Assembly (NCBI GenBank): GCA_002269645.1
Contig: NIVC01002812.1
Location: 74,654-138,653 of the forward strand
Reading direction: 5' to 3'
Length of the DNA: 64,000 bases
From: Macrostomum lignano
Taxonomy: Eukaryota
How positions within the stretch are numbered: the first letter of the stretch is position 1; each line of letters starts with the position of its first letter. The notes below the pieces were generated by a model, which did no database searches, had not been told where the DNA came from, and saw only the letters and a list, made by a program, of their open reading frames with translations. This document shows, piece by piece, positions 13,231-64,000 of this stretch. The translations under genes were made by a program, and so were the position numbers.

Positions 13231-14204
13231 ACTATCGAAATTTTCTCTCAAGTTACTATTCACTGCCTCGATTTTCAACTCTTCACTTCACCTCAGACGC
13301 AGTTCAACTTTATAAGTGAAAATTTGGAAATATAAATTAACAGAATAAACTATGATTAAGCAGTCACCTTTTTTCTATAATCTTAGCAAATTTTGTAAAG
13401 ATAACTAATAAATGTAATTTGAAATAAGTGATCTTCGTGCACTAGAATCATTGGTTGCTATATAGTCATAGGCCTATAACTGGCAATCCCACTCCCATAT
13501 CTCTGTTTGTCTTCCTCCATCACCCAATTTCTGACTTATTTCTCATATAAAACTTTAATTTCCGCTCACAGAAACCCGCTCTGACTGAAAAAAAGCGCTG
13601 CGATTTTTTAGAATCACAAATCGACCATCCGTATATCTGGATTGTCGATTTCGTGATTCCAGGTCTATTGAAATATTATTATTGTGTGATTATAACTCAA
13701 ATCAGGAAGTCAAACAATGAATATAGGAATTCTTTTTTGAACGCGGAACTGCATGCCCCTGTCCATCAGTGGAGCAGCGATTCGTGACTTATTTCTTGAA
13801 TAGAAGAGAAAGAATGAACCAATTAACAAGCACCTGGAGTCAATTAGCACCCTGGAGGTTTATTTGCCTGTCCTCCGAGTCACGTCAGTCCGTCACCTTC
13901 ATTTTCTTCAAATTGTGAATTCCATTTTCCATCGCAGACGATTTTCATTAGTTTCTGGGGCTTATTTTTTCCTGAGAGGGACTTCTTGTTGACTAATCTA
14001 GTCCATATATGTTCATTTTTTGCTTGGAAGTTGGTGGAAAAGTGCTCTTTTAAGAGTGACAGCGTGTGACAGCCTTATGTAGAACGTTAGTTAGAATTAC
14101 AAGTTTCAGGTGTACACAGTGACCATTTCGCTCCTGTGTTCGATATTTCTCTTGAGTAGTCTCACCATTCTTTTTATATTTTCTCCCATACTCACCCTCT
14201 CTCG

Positions 14205-15235
14205 TTTACCTGTCTCTCCATTACTCTCAACTTCTCGCGTCTCCTATCTCTTCATTACTCCCAACTTCTCGCGTCTCCTATCTCTTCATTACTCCCAACT
14301 TCTCGCGTCTCCTATCTCTTCATTACTCCCAACTTCTCGCGTCTCCTATCTCTTCATTACTCCCAACTTCTCGCGTCTCCTATCTCTTCATTACTCCCAA
14401 CTTCTCGCGTCTCCTATCTCTTCATTACTTCCAACTTCTCGCGTCTCCTATCTCTTCATTACTCCCAACTTCTCGCGTCTCCATTACTCCCAACTTCTCG
14501 CGTCTCATATCTCTCCATTACTCTAACCCTCTCTCATCTCCTATCTCTCCATTACTCTCACCCTCTCTCGTCTCCTATCTCACCATTACTCTCACCCTCT
14601 CTCGTCTCCTATCTCACCATTACTCTCACCCTCTCTCATTTTCTATCTCTCCATTACTTTCACCCTCTCTCGTCTCCTATCTCACCATTACTCTCACCCT
14701 CTCTCATTTTCTATCTCTCCATTACTCTAACCCTCTCTCATCTCCTATCTCTCCATTACTCTCACCCTCTCTCGTCTCCTATCTCACCATTACTCTCACC
14801 CTCTCTCGTCTCCTATCTCTCCATTACTCTCACCCTCTCTCGTCTCCTATCTCACCATTACTCTAACCCTCTCTCATCTCCTATCTCTCCATTACTCTCA
14901 CCCTCTCTCGTCTCCTATCTCTCCATTACTCTCACCCTCTCTCATTTTCTATCTCTCCATTACTCTAACCCTCTCTCGTCTCATATATCTCCATTACTCT
15001 CACCCTCTCTCATCTATCTCTTCATTACTCTCAACCTCTCTCATCTCCTATCTCTCCATTACTCTCACCCTCTCTCATCTATCTCTCCATTACTCTCAAC
15101 CTCTCTTATCTCCTATCTCTCCATTAATCTCACCCTCTCATCTCCTATATTTCTATCACTCACTCTCTCTCATCTCCTGCGTCTCTTTTACTCTCACCCT
15201 TCTCTTCTTCTGTCTGCATTACTCTCACCCTTTTT
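14205..15235. repeat. 34-bp pyrimidine-rich minisatellite in two successive variant blocks
   Basis: Period 34, with a variant switch near 14510. Confidence 0.9.
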
Positions 15236-16218
15236 CTACTTGCCTCTATTTCTTTGACCCCTCTCTCCTTTCCATTCTTAATTAATCAGTTTCTAATAAA
15301 TGCAGCACAAGTTCCGCTAATTTCCGCTAATCAATAATATCAGCAAGAAACATCAACAGCACCAGTCAAAGCAGAAAAGATATTTTCTCTTCGGGAAATT
15401 TTTTTGCTGTTTGTTGTAGCAGAATTCATAATTGCATTGGTAGGCAGTGTAGGAAAGTGAAGGAATCGTAGGGGGGGGGGGTTGCGGTTTGGACTGGCGC
15501 TCGGGAAGAAATTTAAATAAGTTTGGATCTGCTATCTCTCTGGCATCAGATGAAGGGGGCGAGAGTGCTGAGGTGCTGGGTTGCGGCTACCCCCTCAGGG
15601 CTGCGGTCTTTCCAGTCCTAATGGGAACGGATCTGAGCTGATGTAAGGGCTGTTGGGCTTAAAATACGAGTACAAAACAAAATTCCGCATAAAAATGTTT
15701 GCCTGGCTTGGCTGGTTGGCTTGGCTGGTTGGCTGGTAGTGGTTGCAGAGACACGGAAGAAGACGAGAGAGTTAACGGAGCAGACAGCTAGCTAGTCCAA
15801 CCTCTATTCAGGTCTTGTACAGGCCTATAAGCTAATTTTTGTGGTACCGGGGAGTCTGTTTTCGGCCTGTGACAAGATCGCGAACTGTATACAAAGTGTT
15901 ATTATATATTTTTTGAAATTCTCCAAAGCGTGAGAAAGCTCTGTGTGTTAACTTCGACACTCCTCCTTTGCAGTTAGTTTTAGCTAGCCTATAAATAAAT
16001 ACTGCGCTGCCCCGGCTGTACTTTTTATAGCTTGGTTCTGGGTCTCTTGGATTGAAATTGATTTCGCTAAGGATTGCTCACATCTGTTGTTGCTATGCTG
16101 CTGGGTGCTGCTCTGTGGGGGGGGGTTGCTTGCACATACGCTGGTCTCTTAATTTTTGCTCATGATATCGCGCTTATGAACTCTTATAATCATGAATTTG
16201 TTCATGCACTTGTTTACG

Positions 16219-17040
16219 AACTGACTCATGAACTCACTCATGAACTCACTCATGAACTCACTCATGAACTCACTCATGAACAAACTAATGAACTAATTAA
16301 TCATGAACTCACTCATGAACTCACTCATGAACTCACTCATGAACAAACTAATGAACTAATTAATCATGGACTCACTCATGAACTCACTCATGAACAAACT
16401 AATGAAATCATGGACTCACTCATGAACAAACTAGTGAACTGATAAACTCACTCATGAACAAACTAATGAACTCATAAACTCACTCATGAACAAACTAATG
16501 AACTCATGAACTCACACATGAACAAACTAATGAACTGATAAACTCACTCATGAACAAACTAATGAACTGATAAACTCACTCATGAACAAACTAATGAACT
16601 CATGAACTCACTCATGAACAAACTAATGAACTCATGAACTCACTCATTAACTCACTCATGAACAAACTAATGAACTCATTAACTCACTCATGAACAAACT
16701 AATGAACTCATGAACTCACTCATGAACAAACTAATGAACTCATGAACTCACTCATTAACTCACTCATGAACAAACTAATGAACTCATTAACTCACTCATG
16801 AACAAACTAACGAACTCATGAACTCACTCATGAACTCACTCATGAACAAACTAATGAACTCATAAACTCACTCATGAACAAACTAATGAACTCATGAACT
16901 CACTCATGAACAAACTAATGAACTCATGAACTCACTCATGAACAAACTAATGAACTCATGAACTCACTCATGAACAAACTAATGAACTCATGAACTCACT
17001 CATGAACAAACTAATGAACTCATGAATCATGAACTCACTC
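16219..17040. repeat. 8/12/12-bp compound minisatellite (AACTCATG, AACTCACTCATG, AACAAACTAATG; 32-bp composite)
   Basis: Read directly. Confidence 0.9.
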
Positions 17041-17766
17041 GTGGCGTCATGTACACACACTATCTCATTACTCCTATCCTCCGGTATAAAATCGCATTTC
17101 TCTCTCTCGCCAGAGTGCTTCATTCGCCAGCTAACCGCAGTAGTGACCCGGTAATTCGGCAAATGAGCCACTCGCTCTCCCCCCAGGCCCCAATGAATTG
17201 GATTAGAAAGATTAAATTTATTATTTTTTATTTCTCAACTCAAAGCGGCAAATGTCATCACCAGGGTAGGCTCTGAGCTCTCCCCTGTCTCCGTTCCCCT
17301 CTCCCGCACGCGGCCTTTGCATCGCTTTAATGTCAGTTTTCTAGTAGGCTATCCTCTATCTCTGTCTTCCCCTGGCACTCAGTTGAGCTTATAAATGCAT
17401 TTCTCCTCCTCAACCCGATTGCCACTCTCCATTTGTGTGTCTGGAGAGTTGAATTGACCCCAAGCTCAAGCACTCTCGCAGTGGGATCTCCTACTTTGTC
17501 ACGTAACTGCTGGAGCCTTTGCTCTCCGCTGTGCTCCAATTGCTCTGTGTGTTAGTTATTTTCGCGATAGAAAAAATGATATTAAAAAAGTCAAGCCAGT
17601 CATTGCGTTTTTAAAAATGATGTTGTCTCTTGATTGAATTATTGCATTTCATAACGAATTCACCATTGATTAATTGCAGTTCGTCATGCGAAGCTCAGCT
17701 TCTGTGCCTCATCACTGGATGCGTCAGGGATAAACTAGCTAACACTGCTGCGTTACAGTTCCAGCA

Positions 17767-58376
<40,610 letters not shown>

Positions 58377-58577
58377 TTTAATCCTTAGAAGCAAGAGACT
58401 TTTTGTTTTGGCTATATGCGAGCAATTGGGAATCGTTGGTTGTCAATACATTCGCTTAGCTACATAGAATGCTAAATAGCTATTTGTAATAGCATCCGCA
58501 TTGCAATACGTAAGCTGGCTACGTACTTCAGTTCAATCGATGTCACTTGGCAGTAATCACTTCAAGCAGTATTTATG

Positions 58578-58583
58578 AATAAA
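58578..58583 (+). terminator. Candidate polyadenylation signal AATAAA (a second one lies at 59221-59226)
   Basis: Canonical hexamer about 200 nt after the stop codon. Usage is unproven. Confidence 0.4.
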
Positions 58584-59572
58584 AATGCTTTTCGCTCGTG
58601 TTCATTCATCACCATACTCGCTGTTGGGCTTCTATAGTCAATGTTCAAGCTTAAGGTAAACAATAAGTTGCTATTCAAATTCAAGGAGTTCGAGCTTGAA
58701 TTGTCACGCCATTTGGTCATTTCTCACAGTTATGTGTTCTGTAATTTTATTTTTTGTCCAAATTAAATGAAATATTGATTCGAGAACAAGCAAGTCTTTC
58801 GCAGCCTTGTTGGTTTGACTTCATGCTTTAGCAAAACTCAAGCAAAGGTGGCATGCAATGCAACAAGTGTTTGCTGCACTGTTTTTGCCCACAGTTCAGT
58901 ACCGCGTTTAAATTTCAGTGTATTTGTAGTTAACATTTATAGTCAGTTACGTTTGTGTTATTCAATCTGTGTCTACCTGTCTTACTAGTAGATCTCGTAG
59001 CTCGAGTTTCTGTAAAAAAGTACCCTTCAGAGTTGTCTAGCTGAGTTTAACATTCGAATTATTTTTTTACTAACCAAAAGCTGTGCCGTTTTTTGACGTT
59101 TCTCTTCACTTGTCTACTGCACATATCGAGCTGATTCAATTCGATTTACTGTATCAAGTTTGACTCCTTAAGCTCTTGTTCGCAGTCAGATCGTTTTGCC
59201 ATCGGATTTGTTCAGAGTTAAATAAAGTTTAAGCCAGTGTGTACCTCTGTTTCTATTAACACTTTTGCAAATTGTGCGACCAGTGGTTTTTGTTTATTAA
59301 ACAATGCGTTTTTAACAAGTGATTAAATAAATGAGAAGTTTCAGTGTTTAACAATACAGTTAATGCTTTTTCGCGTCACTGCAAGTGGCTTTTTATCGTG
59401 TCGAAAATTTAAATTAGAACATGGGTTGGTTTTTTTGTATTTGGTCTCGCTGGTTGGTGCTGCCACCAACCACATTTAGCACCTCGTTGTAAGCATCATC
59501 TAGAACTACTCGTATGTTTGTAGCAAGAATTTTTCAGAAATTTCATATGGAGCTAGAAAATAATTTTACTAA

Positions 59573-59794
59573 TGTAGTGACTGACGCGAAACCGACCGAA
59601 ATAATTCGCTGAGTAAGACTTCGGCCCCGACTTGGGCATTGGTTACGATATATATATTTAAGAGCCAACCTAGGGTTCGATACGAGGGAAATGTACATTC
59701 AATTAAACGTACACCAACCTTGCACGTACTTTAGCTCAATGTGCATTTGGAATAAAATAGCCCGCGCAGAGAATGAGGGTGGCCGTGTATAACA
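59573..59794 (-). repeat. 3' LTR (222 bp, TG...CA)
   Basis: Starts TGTAGTGA and ends ATAACA on the + strand. Matches 63902-64000 and abuts the PPT. Confidence 0.9.
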
Positions 59795-59805
59795 TCTTTC
59801 CCCGC
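59795..59805 (-). other. Polypurine tract GCGGGGAAAGA
   Basis: Purine run on the minus strand immediately before the 3' LTR. Confidence 0.85.
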
Positions 59806-59899
59806 GTGAACTTTTACAGGAAAATAAAAACGGGATTAAAAGTTATTTTGATAGTGAAACATCATGCAGAAATTGACAGTTCATGAATCAGTCCGAATC

Positions 59900-62800
59900 A
59901 AATCAGTCAGAAAGAAAATCAATCACGATAGTCCGGTCTCGGGATTTTGCAGCTTCTTGGGTGCGGGCGGCATCCAATTGGTGGCTCCGCCGCACCAGAC
60001 TCGATCGTCGCCGCAGCGCCGAAAGTCGCCGCGGTCTGTTCAGCGCTTTCCGGCTCATTAGCTGTGTCTTGTCCTTCTGGAGCTGAAAGGGCTGGCACCC
60101 GCTTGACGTCGGTGACATGGTGCATGCAGCTGTTGCCGTCCTGTCGCTTGAGAATGACAGAGTCGCGTTTGACCTCAGAGACTGTCCAGGGATCGATTTT
60201 GAAGGGGGTATCGGTCTTGGAGTGCTTGACTCGCCTTCTCAAAACCCTGTCGCCGGTTTGGATGCGATGCTGTCTGCCGATTTTTTTGCATCAGCGTCAG
60301 TTTTCATGGCCTTGTAGTCGCTGTCCGCCTCCTGACCGCCACCGCTGGGATCCTCTGGTTGCGCTGATTCATTCTCGGAATGCAGTCCTGGACTGGCCTC
60401 CCGAACATCAGGTCGGCTGGTGACGCTCTTGCAGTGCAGTTTTGGCTCGCCTTGGGCGCTGGAGATGCGTAGAGACTTGTTCAGGGACCTGTTGATGCGC
60501 TCCGTAATGCCGTTGGCCTCAGGATGGTACGGCGTGATTCGACGGTGGCTGGTCCCGTGACTCTTGATGAAACTAGTGAACGCTTCCGACGAAATGATGG
60601 GCCGTTGTCCGTCACAATCTGCTTGGGAATTCCAAACGTTGCAAAAATTTGCTGCAGCTGCCGGTGGTGCACTCTGCGGTGGACGACTTCATTGCAATGA
60701 CAATCGGATAGCGTGAATAGTGGTTCACAATCATCAAAAGTTGTCGTCCGTTGATGGGACCGAGAAAATCAATTCCTATGATGGACCAGGGTGACTCCGG
60801 TAGTTCGGTTGGTTGTAGTGGAGCTGCTGGACTTCTGCTCGATGATTCGCGGCGGCGTACTCTAGGCACTCCGCCACCATTCGTTTGGCCTCAGCTGACA
60901 TTCCTGCCCACCAGACTTTTGAATTGAGTCGCAGTAAAGTTTTTATCTCACCTTGATGACCTTGATGGGCTAACTGAAGAACGGTTGACTGCAGAGCTTC
61001 GGGGATCAAAAGTCGCTGGTCTCTTAGGAGAACTCGAACGCCTCCGTCAGCTCATGTCGAACCGCATGCATTCGAATCTTGCCGTTCCGCAGATCCCAAC
61101 TGCCGGTGCGCAATGAGGACATTGTCGATGAAGGGATGCCGTCGCTTCCTGACTTGCAGCAGAGACAGTCCTCTTGGTGTCGCAGCTTGGACAATGCTGC
61201 CGATGTAGTTGGTGTCCAGCATCTCGCCGACGTTGATCATTTTTGGAACGGGTTCAGGCTGCCGACTGAGAATGTCACTTGGGTTGAACGGGCCTGGTCG
61301 GTAAATGACGTTGAACTGCAAGTCCTGGATGCTGAGTGCCATGCGTTCGATGCGTGGAGGTGGGCGCGAGCCAGGCTTAAACATGAAGGTCAGCGGCTTA
61401 TGATCGGTCACGACTGTAAAATTTGCTGCACCGCTGAGATAGTGCCGAAACTTTAGACATCCGTACTTGATCGCTAAAGCCTCTCGCTCTGTCTGCGAGT
61501 ATCTGGACTCAACTGCAGACAAGGCTCTACTTGCGAATGCAACCGGCCGAGACGCTCCGTCCGGTTGGACCTGGCAGAGAATGGCACCGAGTCCTGTAGG
61601 GCTGGCGTCCACGATGAGTTCGGTGTGGCGGCGCTTATCAAAGAATACCAGCGTGGTGTCGCTCGCAATGCGGTCCCAGACAGTTTGAAAGGCTTTGGCG
61701 TGCTGCTCGCTCCACTACCAGCTTGAGCTCTTCTTGGTCAGGTCCCGGAGTGGTTTTGTCATGTCCGCGAGTCCCGGAATGAAACGACTGACGAACGTGA
61801 CCAGGCCGAGGAAGGAGCGGACTTCTGCCGCGTTTGTCGGCTCCTTGAAGGTTTTTATCGCTTTGACTTTTGACTCGGCTGGCTGGATGCCTTTAGCGGA
61901 CAGCCTCATGGCCAAGAATTCGACCTCCTGAACATCGAATTTGCACTTCGCTTGATTTAGAGTCAGGCCGTGTTCTCGAAGGCGATGGAGGCAGCTGGCT
62001 AGGCGGCTGTTGTGATCCAGGATGTCCCGGGCGTGCACAATGATGTCGTCGTGCACCCATCTCACTCCTGGCAGTCCGCTGAGTACGGTAGACATAACGC
62101 GCTGTAATATTTCCGATGCTGATGTGAAGCCCATGCATAGCCTCGTAAGCCTCATGAAACCCAGTGGCGTAGAAAAGGTAAGAAGTTTTCGTGAACCCTC
62201 ATCGAGTATGATCTGATGGAAGGCTTTGTGAATGTCCAGCTCCGAAAAATAGTGCGAGTCGGCCATCTCGTCCGTCACTTCTTCAAATGTTGGAATAGGT
62301 TGTTTTCTATTACTCGCAGGTCTCGCAGGTCTTGTGTGATTCGCACCTGGCTGGGGTGGTTTTTGGGACCACAACCATCCTGGCGACCTATTCAGACGGC
62401 TCGGAAACTCTCTCGATTATGCCTTCGCTGAGCAGCTCCTCGAGCTCTTTAATGGCGGAGTCCCGAAGGTGGATAGGAACGCGACTGGGCGGGTGGCAGA
62501 CCGGGATGGCACCGTCCTTGAGTCGGATGCTCACTTTGACGTCCTTGACGCAGCCGTCTCCCTTGAAGAGCACCTGGTGCTTGCTGAGGATGCGATCGAG
62601 CTGCAGTTCGACTGGGAGATCGGCAGAGTTGGCCTCTGGGCACTGAGGCTCCTCTGCATTGACCTTGCTAACGCCGCTGATGCTGTTAATGCGGGTCTCA
62701 GGCTCTAGCGGTCTCACTCGCAGGACTCAGAATTTTTCGCTCGTCGCTCTCCCTAGGATAGTGACGCCCGGATTGCGCACCACGGTGAACTCGACCGGGA

Positions 62801-63100
62801 CCTCTAAACCGCTGATTTTGACAGGGAGCTCAGTCCGACCAGCGGTGGCCAAGGGTCTTCTGGAGCCGAACGGATACAGTTGACGTGTCGAGCTGAAAAG
62901 CATCGTTTCGGCCGACTTGATGTCCTGGAAGGTCGCCCTATCAATGACGTTGCAGCTGGCGCCGCTATCTATTAGCGCTTTCACTCGCTTGCCGTTTACT
63001 GAGATTTCCATCAGGGGCAGCTTGCTTGCAGACATGCAGAATATTTCTCCTTCGTCGATCAACGGGCTACTCGCGCGCTCTGAGGAGCCTGGGTCCTGCA
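59900..63100 (-). pseudogene. pol: Disrupted pol (protease, RT, RNase H, integrase)
   Basis: Protease ALIDSGAS; RT LDIHKAFHQI, VHDDII and FLGLV; RNase H DASPTGLGA, YSQTEREALA and TDHKPL; integrase HQGH, GIDFLGP, TDNGPSF and HPEANGITERIN. In-frame TAG at 61715-61717 and several frameshifts. Confidence 0.92.
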
Positions 63101-63900
63101 TGTTGTCTTCGAGGACGTGTAGTCGGTTTTTAAAACTGTCCTTGGATAGGCAGGCCTTGGCCAGGTGCCCAGGCTTGTTGCAGCTCTTGCATGTTTTGCC
63201 TTTGGCGGCGTTGCAGCTTCGGTGCCCGGCTTCGCCTCATCGGTAGCATTTAATAGTATTAGAGGCCTTGTACTTGTAGGATGAGCTCTCGTGTTGTTCA
63301 CCTCGAGATCGTCGCATGAAGTTGATGTTCTCATCATGGCGCGTTTCCATGGCGGCTGACTGATAGCTCGCGGCTTCGAAGGTTCGGCATAGTTGCAAAG
63401 CTTCCTGCAGACTGATGTTGGAAGTCTGCAGCAGTCTACGCCTGAGTTGCTCAAGTGACAGCCGGCGACGACCTGGTCTCGGATGAGAGAGTCATGCAGG
63501 TCAGCGAATTCGCAGCTTTCCGCGGCCTTGTAGAGCGACTGACCCATGCATCGATGCTCTGATTCGGCTGCTGAACGCAATTTCTGAACTCGTACCTTGA
63601 GAGAACAACGCAGTTGCGACCGGTAAAGTGGTCTTTAAATGCCTTGATAAGTTGGTCGATAGTGTCCCCTGTGTTGGTTAGTTGCTTGTAGAGTTCGGCC
63701 AGCTCTTTTCCGCCCGTGTATAGCAGGATTGTCTTTGCTGGGCCGAGTCCTTGACGCCCGAGGCGTGAATAAAACACAGAACCGCGAAGACCAATCCTCC
63801 CACAGTGATGCGAGCGTGTGTGATTCTCTGTTAACGTCGAACGGCTCGGGTGGGGGCAGTTGTAGTTGAACAGCTATTGATTGAACAGCTTGCGACGCCA
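63100..63900 (-). pseudogene. gag: Disrupted gag with a double CCHC zinc knuckle
   Basis: PPEPF...WEDW..RF and ILLYTGG motifs. CYR*GEAGHRSC...CKSCNKPGHLAKAC has TGA replacing a Cys at 63237-63239, plus single-base frameshifts. Confidence 0.85.
63889..63900 (-). other. Primer binding site TGGCGTCGCAAG
   Basis: TGG start one base inside the 5' LTR end, complementary to a tRNA ending ...GCGACGCCA (Ser-like, unverified). Confidence 0.8.
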
Positions 63901-63901
63901 A

Positions 63902-64000
63902 TGTAGTGACTGACGCGAAACCGAGATAATTTGCTAAGACTTCGGCCCCGACTTGGGCATTGGTTACGATATATATATTAAGAGCCAACCTAAGGGTTCG
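63902..64000 (-). repeat. 5' LTR (partial)
   Basis: Near-copy of 59573-59680. Confidence 0.9.

Larger units (their letters stand above)
59573..64000 (-). mobile_element. Ty3/gypsy LTR retrotransposon (Mag-like), degenerate; 5' LTR truncated by the window end
   Basis: Domain order gag-PR-RT-RNaseH-INT on the minus strand, two related LTRs, PBS and PPT. Confidence 0.95.

Noticed and set aside
16074-16442. ORF with a hydrophobic start and THEL repeats
   Set aside because: TTG start, body is the 12-bp minisatellite, and no supporting splice signals.
59864-63246. Plus-strand ORFs antisense to the retrotransposon
   Set aside because: Expected shadow ORFs of GC-rich pol sequence, short and without motifs.

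Overview
Eukaryotic (invertebrate animal) DNA. The extreme simple-repeat content and codon style suggest a flatworm such as Macrostomum, but that is an unverified inference. Most of the window is one plus-strand gene, which the ORF track shows only as fragments. I rebuilt it by hand from GT-AG sites and exon phases: 15 coding exons (17767..58376), 3882 nt, about 1293 aa. It encodes a type I membrane protein with signal peptide, 5 Ig-like domains, a Gly/Pro linker, 2 FN3 domains, a TM helix and a long Gln/Pro-rich tail. Ig2 most resembles the CDO/BOC/Ihog family; the domain count also matches NCAM/Fas2. The signal-peptide exon lies about 29 kb upstream of exon 2. There are 21-nt and 30-nt micro-exons, and a candidate CCAAT/CpG promoter with a non-coding exon near 3.6-3.85 kb. 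About 24 kb (roughly 38%, hand-summed) of the window is tandem repeat, in about 30 micro- and minisatellite arrays. One 20-bp array consists of in-phase canonical heat-shock elements. Complementary (TCTG)n and (CAGA)n arrays sit near the two ends of the giant intron. Also present: a hAT-like palindromic MITE with an 8-bp TSD inside a minisatellite, a tRNA-derived SINE, Charlie-like hAT fragments, and a degenerate Ty3/gypsy (Mag-like) LTR retrotransposon on the minus strand at 59573..64000 whose 5' LTR is cut by the window edge. Nearly all long ORFs in the track are repeat-derived artefacts.
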